64,000 nt of DNA, from assembly GCA_028534125.1 (NCBI GenBank), contig CM052817.1, positions 63,986,001 to 64,050,000 on the forward strand, written 5' to 3'. Shown one piece after another: positions 53,021 to 64,000 of this stretch; the first letter of the stretch is position 1; each line of letters begins with the position of its first letter. The translations under genes and the position numbers were made by a program. The notes beneath the pieces were generated by a model that ran no database searches, was not told the origin of the DNA, and saw nothing but the letters and a program-made list of their open reading frames with translations. Source of the stretch: Lama glama (taxonomy: Eukaryota).

Positions 53021-56000
53021 AGGGAACAATGAACTCCTCCCTTCACCATCACCAGATCCTGTACCACCCTCTCTTCCTAGCCCAGAGACTCAGAGAGTAA
53101 TAGTGGAGAGAGAAGAAATCTGAGACACTGACACATTTATCCAAATGGATGTTTAAATTTTTTTTACTGGATTACATTTATAGGTTTAGATTAAAATTTT
53201 TTTAATTTTCTTTTCCCTAGCACACAAGTAAGGACTTAACAGATAAGCCCTAGAGAAAATTTTAAAATTTCATCTTCTTTGACCATATGAGTGTAGTGTG
53301 AATAAACCTGAGATATATAATTATAATCTTCATATATAATTTTAAACACAATTATAATTTTAAATTCTTATGATAAATAAATGTGTTCCTGTTACTCTCC
53401 TGAAATGACATTCATGGATAATAAAACTGACTTACACGTGATTTCAAAAAATCAATATGACATTTAATGTCATGTAAGAGAAATAAGAATAATTTATATT
53501 AAAATAGTATGTATTTCAGTATGTCAATGCTTGTGCACTGACATGGAAAGGAAAACATGAAGCAGTCAGATGCTTGCATCTATATATAGATGCACCATAA
53601 ATGTGATAGCCACAAATGTGGGTGTGTTTTTGGCAATTCAAATACCTCAAGCAGCATCCGCCATCAGTGACATGTTTCTCCAAAATGGCAAACAACTTTT
53701 GTAAAGTTCTGAACAAAACTAAGTACATACTTCCCTCAATTTACACAATACAATCATTCCTGTAAAACATCTATTTAAATGCTTATATGTTTCCCACTTA
53801 CATGAATTTCTTGGGAGTCATTTAAAAGTTGTGCAAGACATGAAATAATTTTTTCTTAAGCAAGACTATCCATGCATTGTAGAACATCTAGCCTCCCTGG
53901 CGCCTGCCCAGCAAAAACCAGTAGTACTCCCAATCCTGTGACAGTCCAAAATGCACTCACAAATTTGCAAATATCCTTAGGAAGCAGTATTATTCCCAAT
54001 GAGGACCACTCTTCAAGTGATATAAGGTGATTTTTCAGTTAATAGAGAACCAATGAAAAATTATAAACAGAAACGTGTTCACACACCAGCGTTTTGGAAA
54101 ATACCCCCAACGGCATTGTATAGACTGAAATGGGTGGAAATTAGTGGCTAAGAGTTCCATTAAGTGGCTGTTGCAGTATTTTGGGTAATTAGATAATAAA
54201 AGCCTAGATTAAGATCATGACATTATGAGGGGAGAAGAAGAATCAGAATCTAGAGACAGTCTAAAGCAAAATGAAAAAACTGAAGGTCAATTATACATAG
54301 ATTGGGGAAGAGAGAGGAATGCGGAATGGCTCTGAGCTTTCTAATTTGGGAGACCAGGTAAGTGATGATGCCATTAGCCACATTAATGAATACAGGAAGA
54401 GCAGCAGATTGGAAGGACAGCGCTAAGGTAAATTTCATTTCATGAATATACAGCTTGAAGAAACTGCAGGACATTTTTGCTTTCATCCAATTTGCTACCA
54501 TTAGTTCCTTCAACAAATATGTCTTGACTATGAACTGTGTGCCTGTCACTAGGTTTGTAGCAGTAAAGCAGTCATGCTCTCTGCCCTTGAGAAATTCACC
54601 ATCTAATGAGAAAAGCATTTCAACTAATAATTACATGCACAATTATCTAATTAGATTTATAGATAATGCAGTTGTGTTAAATACAATAAAGAGTTTGGCA
54701 TCCAGTGAAAAGTTGACCTAATTAATATGGGCAGTAAGGAGATGCCTAGCCCAACCCCACACCCCTGCCAGCGAGGCTCTAGCAACTTTTATGCCCTCCA
54801 GTTTCTCAACCACACTTCTCTCCGTCGTTCTGCATTGGTAGGGTGTGACGCTGTTGAGAATCATTGAGGTGACCTACTGTTCAGTACCCTTAGCCGTTGT
54901 TTTCGTGTGGTCGCTGAGCACCACACGAAAGGCCTGCAACCTTTGTCACCCATCATGGCTTTCATGTGAGAATACCCGCAACTGAACTCATTGGGGAAAA
55001 ATAAAATAAATCATTTTTTCTGGCCCAAATCTGACATTTCTTTCTTACCAAATACCTCTAACTTTGGGTTGGAGCTATGAGAGCAACTGGCCTTTTCAAA
55101 GTCTCATATACATCCATGGAGCTGGCTCCTCCCGCCTGTGTCCCCATAGCAGATCTTCGTCAGGTACACTTGGAAACTTCTACTTGCCTCTCAATAGCAT
55201 CTCTTCCACTATCTCCAGAAAACTCCACCTCCACTTTCCTGATTCATATGGGCAGCCTACAAGAAAGCTGGTTCTTTCAGAAAAATCAAACTGATCCTCT
55301 GCCATAATCCTTGAGTGTCTGGCAGCACACGGAACAGTGAGAAGATCACCTGACACCGCTGGACCCCAAAAGGGACTCAATCCCAAGGGACTCCTCCTCA
55401 CTTAACACCTTGTGAAGAAAAGCTGGTACAGCAATTTCTCAAGTGAGACAAAGTTTCTGTTATTATCAGAATAAAAGGGGGAGGTGTAACATAAACTTTG
55501 ATGAGTTACAAAACTCTATGGATGAAATGTTTCTTTTTCTTAAAAATTGGCCATCTGTTGTTCTTAGCATCTCTCTTCAAATCACCCAGTATTGAATTGG
55601 CCAGAAGTCACAGCATCAACACAGGGAAATTGTGAATGATTTTCCATGTTTTGCAATTATCATGGCAAAATTATGTTTTAAATATAATTTTAATATGTCA
55701 CAACTACTTTCTAACTCACAGTTTGAGAAATTAATATTTGTGTGAACTTCTAAATGTTGCCCCTAGACCCAAAATACAGTTCACACACTCACACACATCC
55801 TACTTTTTTTAATAGAATGAATCTGAAATATTATAATCCAGGCTACAGTGGAAATAAAAATTTTAATATTTATCTGTATTTTAAAACATCTTCTCAGATC
55901 TAAAAGATCATGAATTCACAAAGCCTTAATCATTCTCTAAACACATGGTAGCTCTGTTAAGAAAACCTAGGTGATTAGAAAGTTTATAAAATCTTAATTA

Positions 56001-58026
56001 ATTAAATAGGGATATTTCCAGAGATGAAGAGGGCAGTTTTACCTCTGTAATATGTTATTTTACTATCATCATTGACATTTTGAAGACTATAGACACAGGC
56101 ATCTCTATGTAGAACTGACAGTGTCTATGGAACATCAATTGGAGAGTAATTTATGTGCTGATGTCTAGCTAGAAAATTACAAAAAATTAGTACTAAAATA
56201 CTCCAACTATTTAAAACAGATAGAAATAATACAATGTATATGCACAGTCATCATCATTTTATTTTAATTACAGTGCCAATGAAGATTAAATCAGTTGCAT
56301 TTCTAATGTTAGGTGTGCCTTCTTAAAAAATATTTCTCTTTCAGTTACAATAATGATGGTGGAAAATATTGAACTATCTTAGTAATTGGGATCAGAAAAG
56401 AGCTGATGATAGATTCAACTCCTAGGCCATATATTCAAACAAAATATATATAAGTAATGAGGGCTCACTTAGCTATAATTTCTTTGGGAGCCTATTTTCA
56501 GATTCAGAAATGAGGACCTGGAGAACACAAGCTGATGCAATACTCTGAAAAATCCTCTAGGGAAAGGAACATCTACAAAACAAGCAGAGCAAATGGATTG
56601 TGTTCAAGAATTTAAACCAAAATGCTAATGCTAAAAGAGCAATATAGGATCATGAAAGTAAAATTATTTCACATTATCATTTTAAACCATCCTTTCTGTT
56701 TGAGGACTGCAGCCACTACTTTCAGAATATATTCATTACATGAAAATTGAAAGCTATAGTTATTTTGCCTTGGTCGAAAATAAAAGTACCCCTTTTATGA
56801 CAGCATTTGACTTAATAAAAGTAATGAAACTAAAAACTACCCCCCAAAGCATGGTATTACTTAAAAAGCTCCCCCTTCAGCTACACTGACCTGAAAAATA
56901 ATAAAGCAGGTTAAATAGTCATGGTAAGTCCCAGGGGATTTGAGAATATTATTAAGACTATGAATATGAAAGTTCCTATGAGAGACACTTGCATTTTCCC
57001 ACTGTGTAAAAAACAAAGTAAATTGCAAATGAGGTACAGAGAACTTAATCAAAAACATTTTACCAAATTTTAATTCTTGAATACCTGTGAAACCATTGCG
57101 ATAATATTCTCACTGACTAGTTAATATGAAACAAAACTTTTTAATTTTTAATTTTAAGTAGATTTTTTTTAAAGTATAAATGATCTTCACCCTAATCTCA
57201 GTTTACAGTTTAAAATGTTAATATATGATAATTAGGGTATCTTCTGAATTACTAGCAGAAAGTAATCATTGTGATTTTTTTATATTTTAATGTATCCAAT
57301 GGAAAAAAATTAGTTCTGTGAATTTAGCAAGACTTAAAAACTTGTAATAATTTCTGTATTTAAAATTCTTATGTGTTATGCAGTACTTATATACTATCTT
57401 TTTGCTCTAATATGTCTCACAAAATACTCACAAAATTTAGAATCCTTGATAGACTAGGAAAGACTCTCATATGTTACCTAGTGTAAAGCCTATATTAAAA
57501 GTTTGTTTCTGAATTATGAACTCAAACATGTTCAAAGTAAAAGAAAAAGCTATGTATTTCGTATCCACTCATACTTCTTCTGTCGACTACTTTCTTTGCC
57601 AACTTCTATATTTTTTATTGGGTCGCTTGCCCTTTTCCCATTGATTTAAGAGCCCCTTGTGTACTAGACACTGGCCCTTTGTTTAGCAAATGTGTCACAA
57701 ACATTTTTTTCGAGTTTGCAGTTTATTGATTGTTGTTTACTATATTTGAGATAATTTTCCACACAAATGTTTGCACAGAAACTTTAGAATTACTCATTTA
57801 GTGGCTTCTAATTTTCATGATATTCTTTAAAATGTCTACCTCATTCACTCATGTTTTCTTCTTATACATTTGTGCTTTTGTTTAATAAAACTTAAGACTT
57901 TAATCCAGCTATTTTGATTAGGTTAGGAGTAGATAGCCCTATTTCTGATTTTCCAGTTGGCTAGCCACTCACTTCGGTACCATCTATAATCTCTTTTTCC
58001 CTCTGACTTGAAATTATAATGCCTTC

Positions 58027-58507
58027 TGTGATAGACAAAGTAATCATCCCCCAAAGATGTCCATGTTCTAATCCCCAAAACCTGTGAATAAGTTAGGTTA
58101 CAGGGCAAGGGGTATTAAGGTTGCAGATAGAGTTTAGGTTGCTAATCAGATGAATTTGTGCTGTGGAGGTTATCCTGCATTATCTCGGTGGGTCCAGTGT
58201 AATCACAAGTGTGCTTGTAAGTGGAAGAGGGAGGCAAAAGAGTCAGAATCAGAGAGCGATTTGAAGATGCTATGCTCCTGGCTTTGAAGATGGAAGAAGG
58301 GATCACAAGTAGTGCAGGCAGCTTCTAGAATACGGAAAAGGCAAGGAAATGGATTTTCCCCTAGAGCCTCCAGAAGGAATGCAGTCCTGCTAGCACCTTG
58401 ACTTTAGCCCAGTGAGACCCATTTTGGACTTCAGACCTCCAAACTGTAAAAAAATTAATTTGTGTTATTTTAAGCCAATATATTTGTGGCAATTTGTTAC
58501 AACAGCA
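58027..58507 (+). mobile_element. MLT1D-like MaLR LTR, 3' end cut by an L1
   Basis: cccccaaagatgtccatgttctaatcccc..ctagagcctccagaaggaatgcag. Confidence 0.85.
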
Positions 58508-59621
58508 AACCACAGACTAGAAAAAATATTTGCAAAAAAAGACATCTGATAAAGGACTATTATCCAAAATTCACAAAGAACTCTTAAAACGCAATAATAA
58601 CAAACAGCCTGATTAAAACATGGGCCAAGAATCGGAACAGACACTCACCAGAGAAGATATACAGATGACAAATATGCATATGTGAAAATGCCCCACATCG
58701 TATGTCACTAGGAAATTGCAAATTAAAACAATAATGAGATACCACTATGTACCTATTAGAATGGCCAAAATCCAAACTACTGAAAATACCAAATGCTGGA
58801 GAGGATGTGGAGCAACAGGAACTCTCTACATTGCTGGTGGATACAAAACAGTGCAGCCACTTTGGAAGACAATTGGAAGTCTGGTGATTTCTTACAAAGC
58901 TATACATATTCTTACCAGTGATTCAGCTATTTTGATCCTTAGAATTTATCCAAAGATGTTGAAAACTTATATCCACACAAAAACCTACACACAGATGTTT
59001 ATAGCAGCTTCATTCATAATTGCCAAATCTTGGAAGCAACAAAGATGTACTTCAGTAGGTGAATGAACAACAATGGTACATTGAGACAATAGAATATTAT
59101 TACCAAAAAGAAATGAACTATTAAGCATGTCATGAAAAGACACAGAGGAACATTAAATGCATAACACTGCAATCTAAAAAGACTGCATACTATGTAGTTC
59201 CAATTAAATGACTTTCTTAAAAAGGCAGAACTACAGAGACAATAAAAAGTTTAGGGATTTCTGGAAGTCAGGGGCAGAGATGAATACTCAGAGCACAGAG
59301 GATTTTTAGGGTAGTGAAAATACTCTTTATGGCTTCATAATGATGAATATTTGTCATTATACATACATGATACATTGGTCCAAATTCACAGAATGTACAA
59401 CACCGCGTGTGAACCCAAAGTTAAACTATGGACTTTGGGTGATTATGATATGACAATGTAGATTCATCCTTGGTTAAAAAAAAAAAGACTTATTCTGGTG
59501 AGTGATGTTGATAGCAGGGGAGGCTATGCATGTGTGGGGAAGGGGGTAGCATGAGAAATCTCTATATCTTCTCAATTTTATTGTAAACCTAAAACTGCTC
59601 TAAAAAATAGTCTTAAAAAAA
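58508..59621 (+). mobile_element. L1MC-type LINE 3' part
   Basis: ORF 58716-59066 is the L1 ORF2 C-terminus, followed by an L1MC-like 3' UTR (gtgaacccaaagttaaactatggactttggg). Confidence 0.9.
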
Positions 59622-60390
59622 TGCAGCGTCTAGGCAGTGTGTCTTTATAGGACTCGATTGGCTTCAGGCTTCTGACTTGGTTCCTATTTGTGTAGCTTCT
59701 GAAACGGATTCTCCTTTCTTTCCAGAGATTTTGAGAGGTATCCGATACCCTTTACTAAAATCCTTTTCTGCTGATGTCTAGCAGAGCTGGTATTATCGCT
59801 TAGAACTAAGAATCCCGGCTGGTACACAGCTCTGAGGTCCAGTCCACCCGGAAATTAGAGTTCATCGTATAACCTCTGTTGAGAAACAAAGACTGTGCCC
59901 TTGGGCTATATTGTTGGGAATCTGAGCATGGTAACATAGGTAGGAGTTTGAAGAATTCAAGAGTACGTACATTTACACTGACACACTACTACAACGGCTC
60001 TCTCTATGATTTTTTTACTGCTAAATCCAGTAGCCTCTGCTCCCATCTCAGGATTGACCTTTGTGCCATATTTGATACTGCTGACCACCCCTCCCTCTCG
60101 AAGCTCTAATATCCCTTGACAGAGAGCATTTCAAGGGTTATCTTTGTATTCCCAGCACTTTGCATTCTGCTTGACACATGGCACTCAATGAGATGTCAAT
60201 GAGTGAATGAATGAATACATATTGTATTTTTAACTGTGACTAAAGGAGAGAGCCTAACTGAATAAAGCACACAGGGAAATGTTGATTAAATAGTGAGAAA
60301 GTAATAGTAACTCATCTTGAGAGTTTAGAGCCAATTTTAATTATAATGATTAATAATGGCATGTAAGCAAATTATGGATTAATACAAAAT

Positions 60391-60509
60391 TATTTTAGTA
60401 GGGGGAAGGTAATTAGGTTTATTTATTTTTAATGGAGGTACCAGGGCTTGAATCCAGGACCTCGTGCATGCTAAGCAGGTGCTCTACCATTTGAGCTATA
60501 CGGTCCCCC
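60391..60509 (-). mobile_element. tRNA(Ala)-derived camelid SINE (vic-1 type)
   Basis: Minus strand GGGGACCGTATAGCTCAAATGGTAGAGCACCTGCTTAGCATGCACGAGGTCCTGGATTCAAGCCCTGGTACCTCCA (A box, AGC anticodon loop, B box), followed by an AAATAAATAAACCTAATTACC tail. Confidence 0.85.
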
Positions 60510-62402
60510 TCAGAGAAGTCTAACTTAGATTTCTAGACTTGTTCAAAGAGGACCTTGAAAATGGGAATTCTTTCTATCCCAACATTAGAGCTGAAGCTTC
60601 TTCCTCTTTGCCCCACTTTTCACTCCTGCCCCCACTTCATTGTAATAAGGATTATAACTATGAACAGTTTATCATAATTAAACTTTGTGACTAAAAATCT
60701 ATGGTATATCAGAATTCCACAACCACTTGTACATCATATATCCTAATTTTTTTTCCTAAATTCTCACACTGTTCTCACTTTCTTAGAAATAATGGTTTCC
60801 TTTTTATTGACCATCCTTCTCCTTCTGACATCTATTTTCTCCCAGCTTCACACTTGCTCATCCATCATTTATCTGCTTCCATAGCTTTCATCATCATTCT
60901 GTACAGCTAATTTCCTCTTGCTTTGACCTTTCCATTAAACCTCACACCTGCATTTTCAAATGCTGGTCATACTCATGTGGGTGTGTTGCTTCCCTACTCA
61001 CACTTGTCTGGTTTGACATCTAAATCATTATCTCTGCGCACAAAAACAAATCATAAAATACACACAAAAATAGAGCAGCTAGTCATTCCAACCTCAGTTT
61101 ATTGCATCACTCTCCTACTGGTTGCCAAAGCTAGAAAAAAGAGAACCCTCTCAACCATCTACATCTAACCAAACTTAAAATTCTGAAGACTCTGGAATTT
61201 TAAATGTATTTAGAAATTGTCTTCTCATGTCATTTTCACTACACCATTTTATGACCTCATCATTGAATAACTTTAAAATTGTTGCAAACTATGTTCCTAT
61301 CTTTGGTTGACTATAGCTCTAATTCATCCCTCATATTGCTCCCAGGCCTATCTTGTTATAATACAAATCTGATTATGAAACATCTCTGTTCAAAAATCTT
61401 CAAGATTTCCTATTGACCTACAAAGTAAAAATGTTCGGGGTGGCATTCAAGGCTAATCATACCCTGAGCTACCTTTTAAGATTTATTTCCAACTAAATCC
61501 CATTGTGAAACTTAAACTCTAACAAAATTGGGTTATTTTCCATTTTCCAGACATACCTACGGCATAAGAGATGAGTCATTCTCCCCACCCACACCCCTAC
61601 GCCGACCATCCTAAATTCACTTGAGAAATAATAGATGGTCATAGTCTGGCTGACAATTAGATTTTGGTTTACTGAGAATACTATGCACGCTGGCCAGAGA
61701 AAGGGGAAGAGGGAAAAGAAAACTAAGCAAGGTGATTAGAAAGACTGTTGAGGAGATTCTGAGGCAGGAATAAGGCAATTATAAGAAAGACCAGAGTTTT
61801 AGGCTGTTTTGCCATATGACTCCTCCCTGTTTTCTCATTAAATCTTTAGTAAGTCTGTATTTCTAAGCAACTCTCTCATAGTTGGATTTATTTAAGGGCT
61901 GAAACAGAGTGGTATTGCTTGAAGGTGTGCATGAGGCTAGTTAAGAAGAATTTTGGATTCCATTAACTGTGTTTATATTCACTTCCACTTTTGCACTGTA
62001 AATTTCCTTGAAGGCAAGAAACATGTTTTACAGTAACTGATCTCTGTTTATGCAACTGATTTGGATTCTAGCCATCTGTAACTTGTATTTCTTCTATAAT
62101 TTCTATTTTAACATTATCTCTAGGTTCTATTCTCCTAACCCCTCACGGCATCATCAGCTGGACAAATGAGTTGGCTCTCTTCCACAGTCTTATCTCCTAT
62201 ATAATCATATCACTGTCACCAGCATAGCACACGCTCAGAAGAGCTCCTTGAGCCAGTTCACTCCTTCCCTGAATCAGAAGTCTAAAGCTTTCAAGATTCT
62301 TTTGAAAACAGTTGTTCCATTAGACATCCTTCCCACTACTAAACAACTGTGGTTGCATATGACCCTCCTCCCATTAAACAGCATTAGATATGAGACACTT
62401 TT

Positions 62403-62445
62403 TTTTTAACATTTTTTATTGATTTATAATCATTTTACAATGTTG
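62403..62445 (-). mobile_element. Ultra-short (about 43 bp) young L1 3' end with perfect 13-bp TSD ATGAGACACTTTT
   Basis: TSD at 62390-62402 and 62446-62458, followed by AA (TTTT/AA endonuclease site). Confidence 0.85.
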
Positions 62446-62539
62446 ATGAGACACTTTTAATGAGGCTTGTGATAGTCTATCTTTAAAGCTCTTTCTTCCA
62501 ATGCACTAAATTAGAGCATACAATTGATGCTGAAAAGAA

Positions 62540-63610
62540 AATCATGCCAGACACTGTTCTCACAGTGCCAGATTACAGGAAACACAAAAATTCTTGTTCT
62601 TACTATAGTTACATTCTAGTATAGGGAGAAAACAAATAAATAAAACAAGAAAATATCAGGTAATAATAAGGCTATACAGAAAAAAAAAACAGAGGGATGT
62701 GATGGAATAGCTGATTCCTTTAGATTTGTTGGTTTGTGTACATTATAGAAGTGAGGCAACCGAGTTCCTATGAGATATTTGAGCTGTGACCTGAATGACA
62801 AGAAGGAAGCTGTTATAGAAATATCTGAGGAAAGAGCATTCCTGGCTGGGGGAATAGCTGGTTCTATGGCTCTGAGGCAGGAATGAACTTGGCATTTTCA
62901 GTAAACAGAAAGAAAGGTAATGTAAGGGGGGAAAGGGTTTAAAATTATGACAAAGATGCCAGCAGGATGGATTCCACGAGGCCTTGTAAGCCAGGGTAAG
63001 GAGTCTGGACTTTCTTCTAAGCAAGGTAGGAAGTTTTGAGGAGGTTTTAGCAGGAGAGTGATGGATCTGATTTACATTTTATACTGGTAACTCCAGCTGC
63101 TGTGTGGAGATTAGATTGTAAGGGGGCGAGAGAAAAAGTAGGAGGCCCTTAAAGAAATCTAGGCACTAGAAGATGGTGGTTTGGACCATGTCTTGTAATA
63201 GAGATAAAAGTAGACGGATGTGAAACATGTTTTGCAAGAAAGAAGAATCAGATGGTTTGGATGGTGGAGGAGGAGCAGGTAGGAAGGAACAGAGAATGGA
63301 AGGGAAGAGTAAACAATGAGTTCTAGGTTTTTGGTTTAAACAAAATGAGATGGTGAAGACTAGGAAAGAGACAGACTGGGGATGAAAGGATGATTTAAGT
63401 TTCTTTTTTTCCATATCAAATTTGAAATGTTTATGAGACAAGTAAGAGGAAGTATCATAGTAAGGCAGCTGGCTATACATATCTGGAACTCTCTGTCAGG
63501 ATTAGAGATGACATATAGCCTTGGGACTAAATGAAGACATCTGGGGAGAGAGTGTAGAGGAGAGAAGGGGAGAGAAGAGGGCCCACCACTATTGAGACGT
63601 GGGCAGAGGA
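62540..63610 (-). mobile_element. L2 LINE fragment
   Basis: gatatttgagctgtgacctgaatgacaagaagga..gagtctggactttcttctaag..L2 pattern. Confidence 0.8.
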
Positions 63611-64000
63611 GCTCTGAGTTAAGAGGAAAAGCAGAGCATGAACTCCTCTTCTCTACTGAATTCTAGACTCCTACATCCAATGTCTATTTTATAATTGTTC
63701 CCAAACAATCAACAAGATATCCTTCTCCTATGTTACTGTTTAAAGAAATTCTAGGATCTGCCTGTGAGCCACTAGTCCAATGTGCTTATTTGTTCTAAGA
63801 AGACAAGTGTTTCCAACAACTTCCTTCCTTTGACTGATTCCTCTGCTGCTGCAGACCACCCACCAGTCATTTCTGAACTCAGCACACTCTGTTACCTGAC
63901 TTTGGCATCTTGTTCATGCTTTTCCTGACAGCACAAGTCCTATATTCCTTCTCTAGGGGGAGGATTTTTGTGTTTTGTTCTTGTTTTTGGCATTTTATGC

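Overview
AT-rich mammalian genomic DNA, most likely from a camelid (tRNA-Ala-derived vic-1-type SINE at 60.4 kb and camelid-type L1 3' ends). The left 14 kb holds three consecutive minus-strand coding exons of STPG2 (sperm-tail PG-rich repeat protein 2) with canonical GT-AG sites. The first coding exon is not visible and probably falls in an exactly 500-N scaffolding gap (14257-14756). The rest is intergenic-looking and full of old L1, L2, MIR, MaLR/ERV solo LTRs and MER20. The most interesting observation, made by manual translation across frameshifts and stops, is a highly decayed but collinear DIRS1-like (tyrosine-recombinase) retrotransposon fossil at about 18.1-22.7 kb on the + strand. 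It shows RT, RNase H, methyltransferase-like and both halves of the YR domain in the canonical order, interrupted by younger LTR, L1 and L2 insertions. All family names come from motif recognition and memory, not database searches. Boundaries of old repeats are approximate.
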